Part shown: positions 63,636-64,000 of the stretch, piece after piece
Position numbering within the stretch: position 1 is the first letter of the stretch
How the letters are laid out: every line of letters starts with the position of its first letter
From: Octopus bimaculoides
Lineage: Eukaryota
Length of the DNA: 64,000 nt
Assembly (NCBI RefSeq): GCF_001194135.2
Contig: NC_068988.1
Coordinates: 54,586,533-54,650,532 of the forward strand
Reading direction: 5' to 3'
Notes under the pieces: model-generated
Seen by the model: the letters and a program-made list of their open reading frames with translations, nothing else
Database searches by the model: none
What the model was told of the DNA's origin: nothing
Program-made: the position numbers and the translations under genes

Positions 63636-63791
63636 GATGATTACATCAACCCCAGTGCTCAACTAGTACTTATTTTATTGAGCCTGAAAAGATAAAAGGC
63701 AACGTTGACTTTGACAGAATTTGAACTCAGAACGTAAGGATGGATGAAATACTGCTAAGCATTTCTCCCAGCATGCTAACGATTCTGCCAC
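63636..63791 (-). mobile_element. SINE family C copy, CpG-decayed
   Basis: ACATCAACCCCAGTGCTCAACTAGTAC...GGCAACGTTGACTTTGACAGAATTTGAACTCAGAACGTAAGG...GCTAAGCATTTCTCCCAGCATGCTAAC. Confidence 0.88.
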
Positions 63792-64000
63792 ACCAATAAG
63801 CGATTGTTATTGTTAGTCAAAATATGTTGTTCATTGTTTAGTGCCCTGGTCTATTCTGATTGAACTGACCAGTAGTCAAAGGCTCTCCACCCATGCCTAT
63901 CATCTCCTTCTCTCAAGTATATCTACTAGGTCTACATGATTCAGTGTACCCCTATTTTTTGAGGCAGTAGGATGTAAGTTGAAGTAGATTTGATTGCTAC

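Overview
This is AT-rich, repeat-dense animal DNA from a gapped scaffold (N runs at 14657-14912, 23734-24134, 39307-39350 and smaller ones). The tRNA-headed SINE families, (GAT)n-tailed RTE-type SINEs and abundant (TA)n/(CA)n tracts match what I recall of octopod cephalopod genomes; that assignment is from recognition, not a database search. I could not identify any complete protein-coding gene. Almost all ORFs in the supplied track are microsatellite or SINE read-throughs. Well supported: at least three SINE families in many copies, TTAA-flanked piggyBac-type MITEs, TA-flanked Tc1/mariner-type MITEs, three MITEs with GG(A/G)TC termini and 8-bp TSDs (two carry telomere-like TTAGGG cores), a 1111-bp solo LTR with a 4-bp TSD, two decayed hAT transposases, an RTE LINE relic and a Helitron 3' end. 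The window has a three-part CpG structure: CpG-poor (1 to ~15.6 kb), CpG-retaining (~15.7-36.4 kb) and CpG-poor (~36.5-64 kb). This suggests two methylated gene bodies flanking an unmethylated promoter/intergenic block. A few small exon candidates lie in the CpG-poor parts, but their gene and strand are unresolved. The most unusual signals are several minimal type I hammerhead-ribozyme-like motifs of the Penelope-associated kind with atypical cores, a fold-back MITE centred on an inverted telomeric repeat, and a 106-nt near-perfect hairpin.
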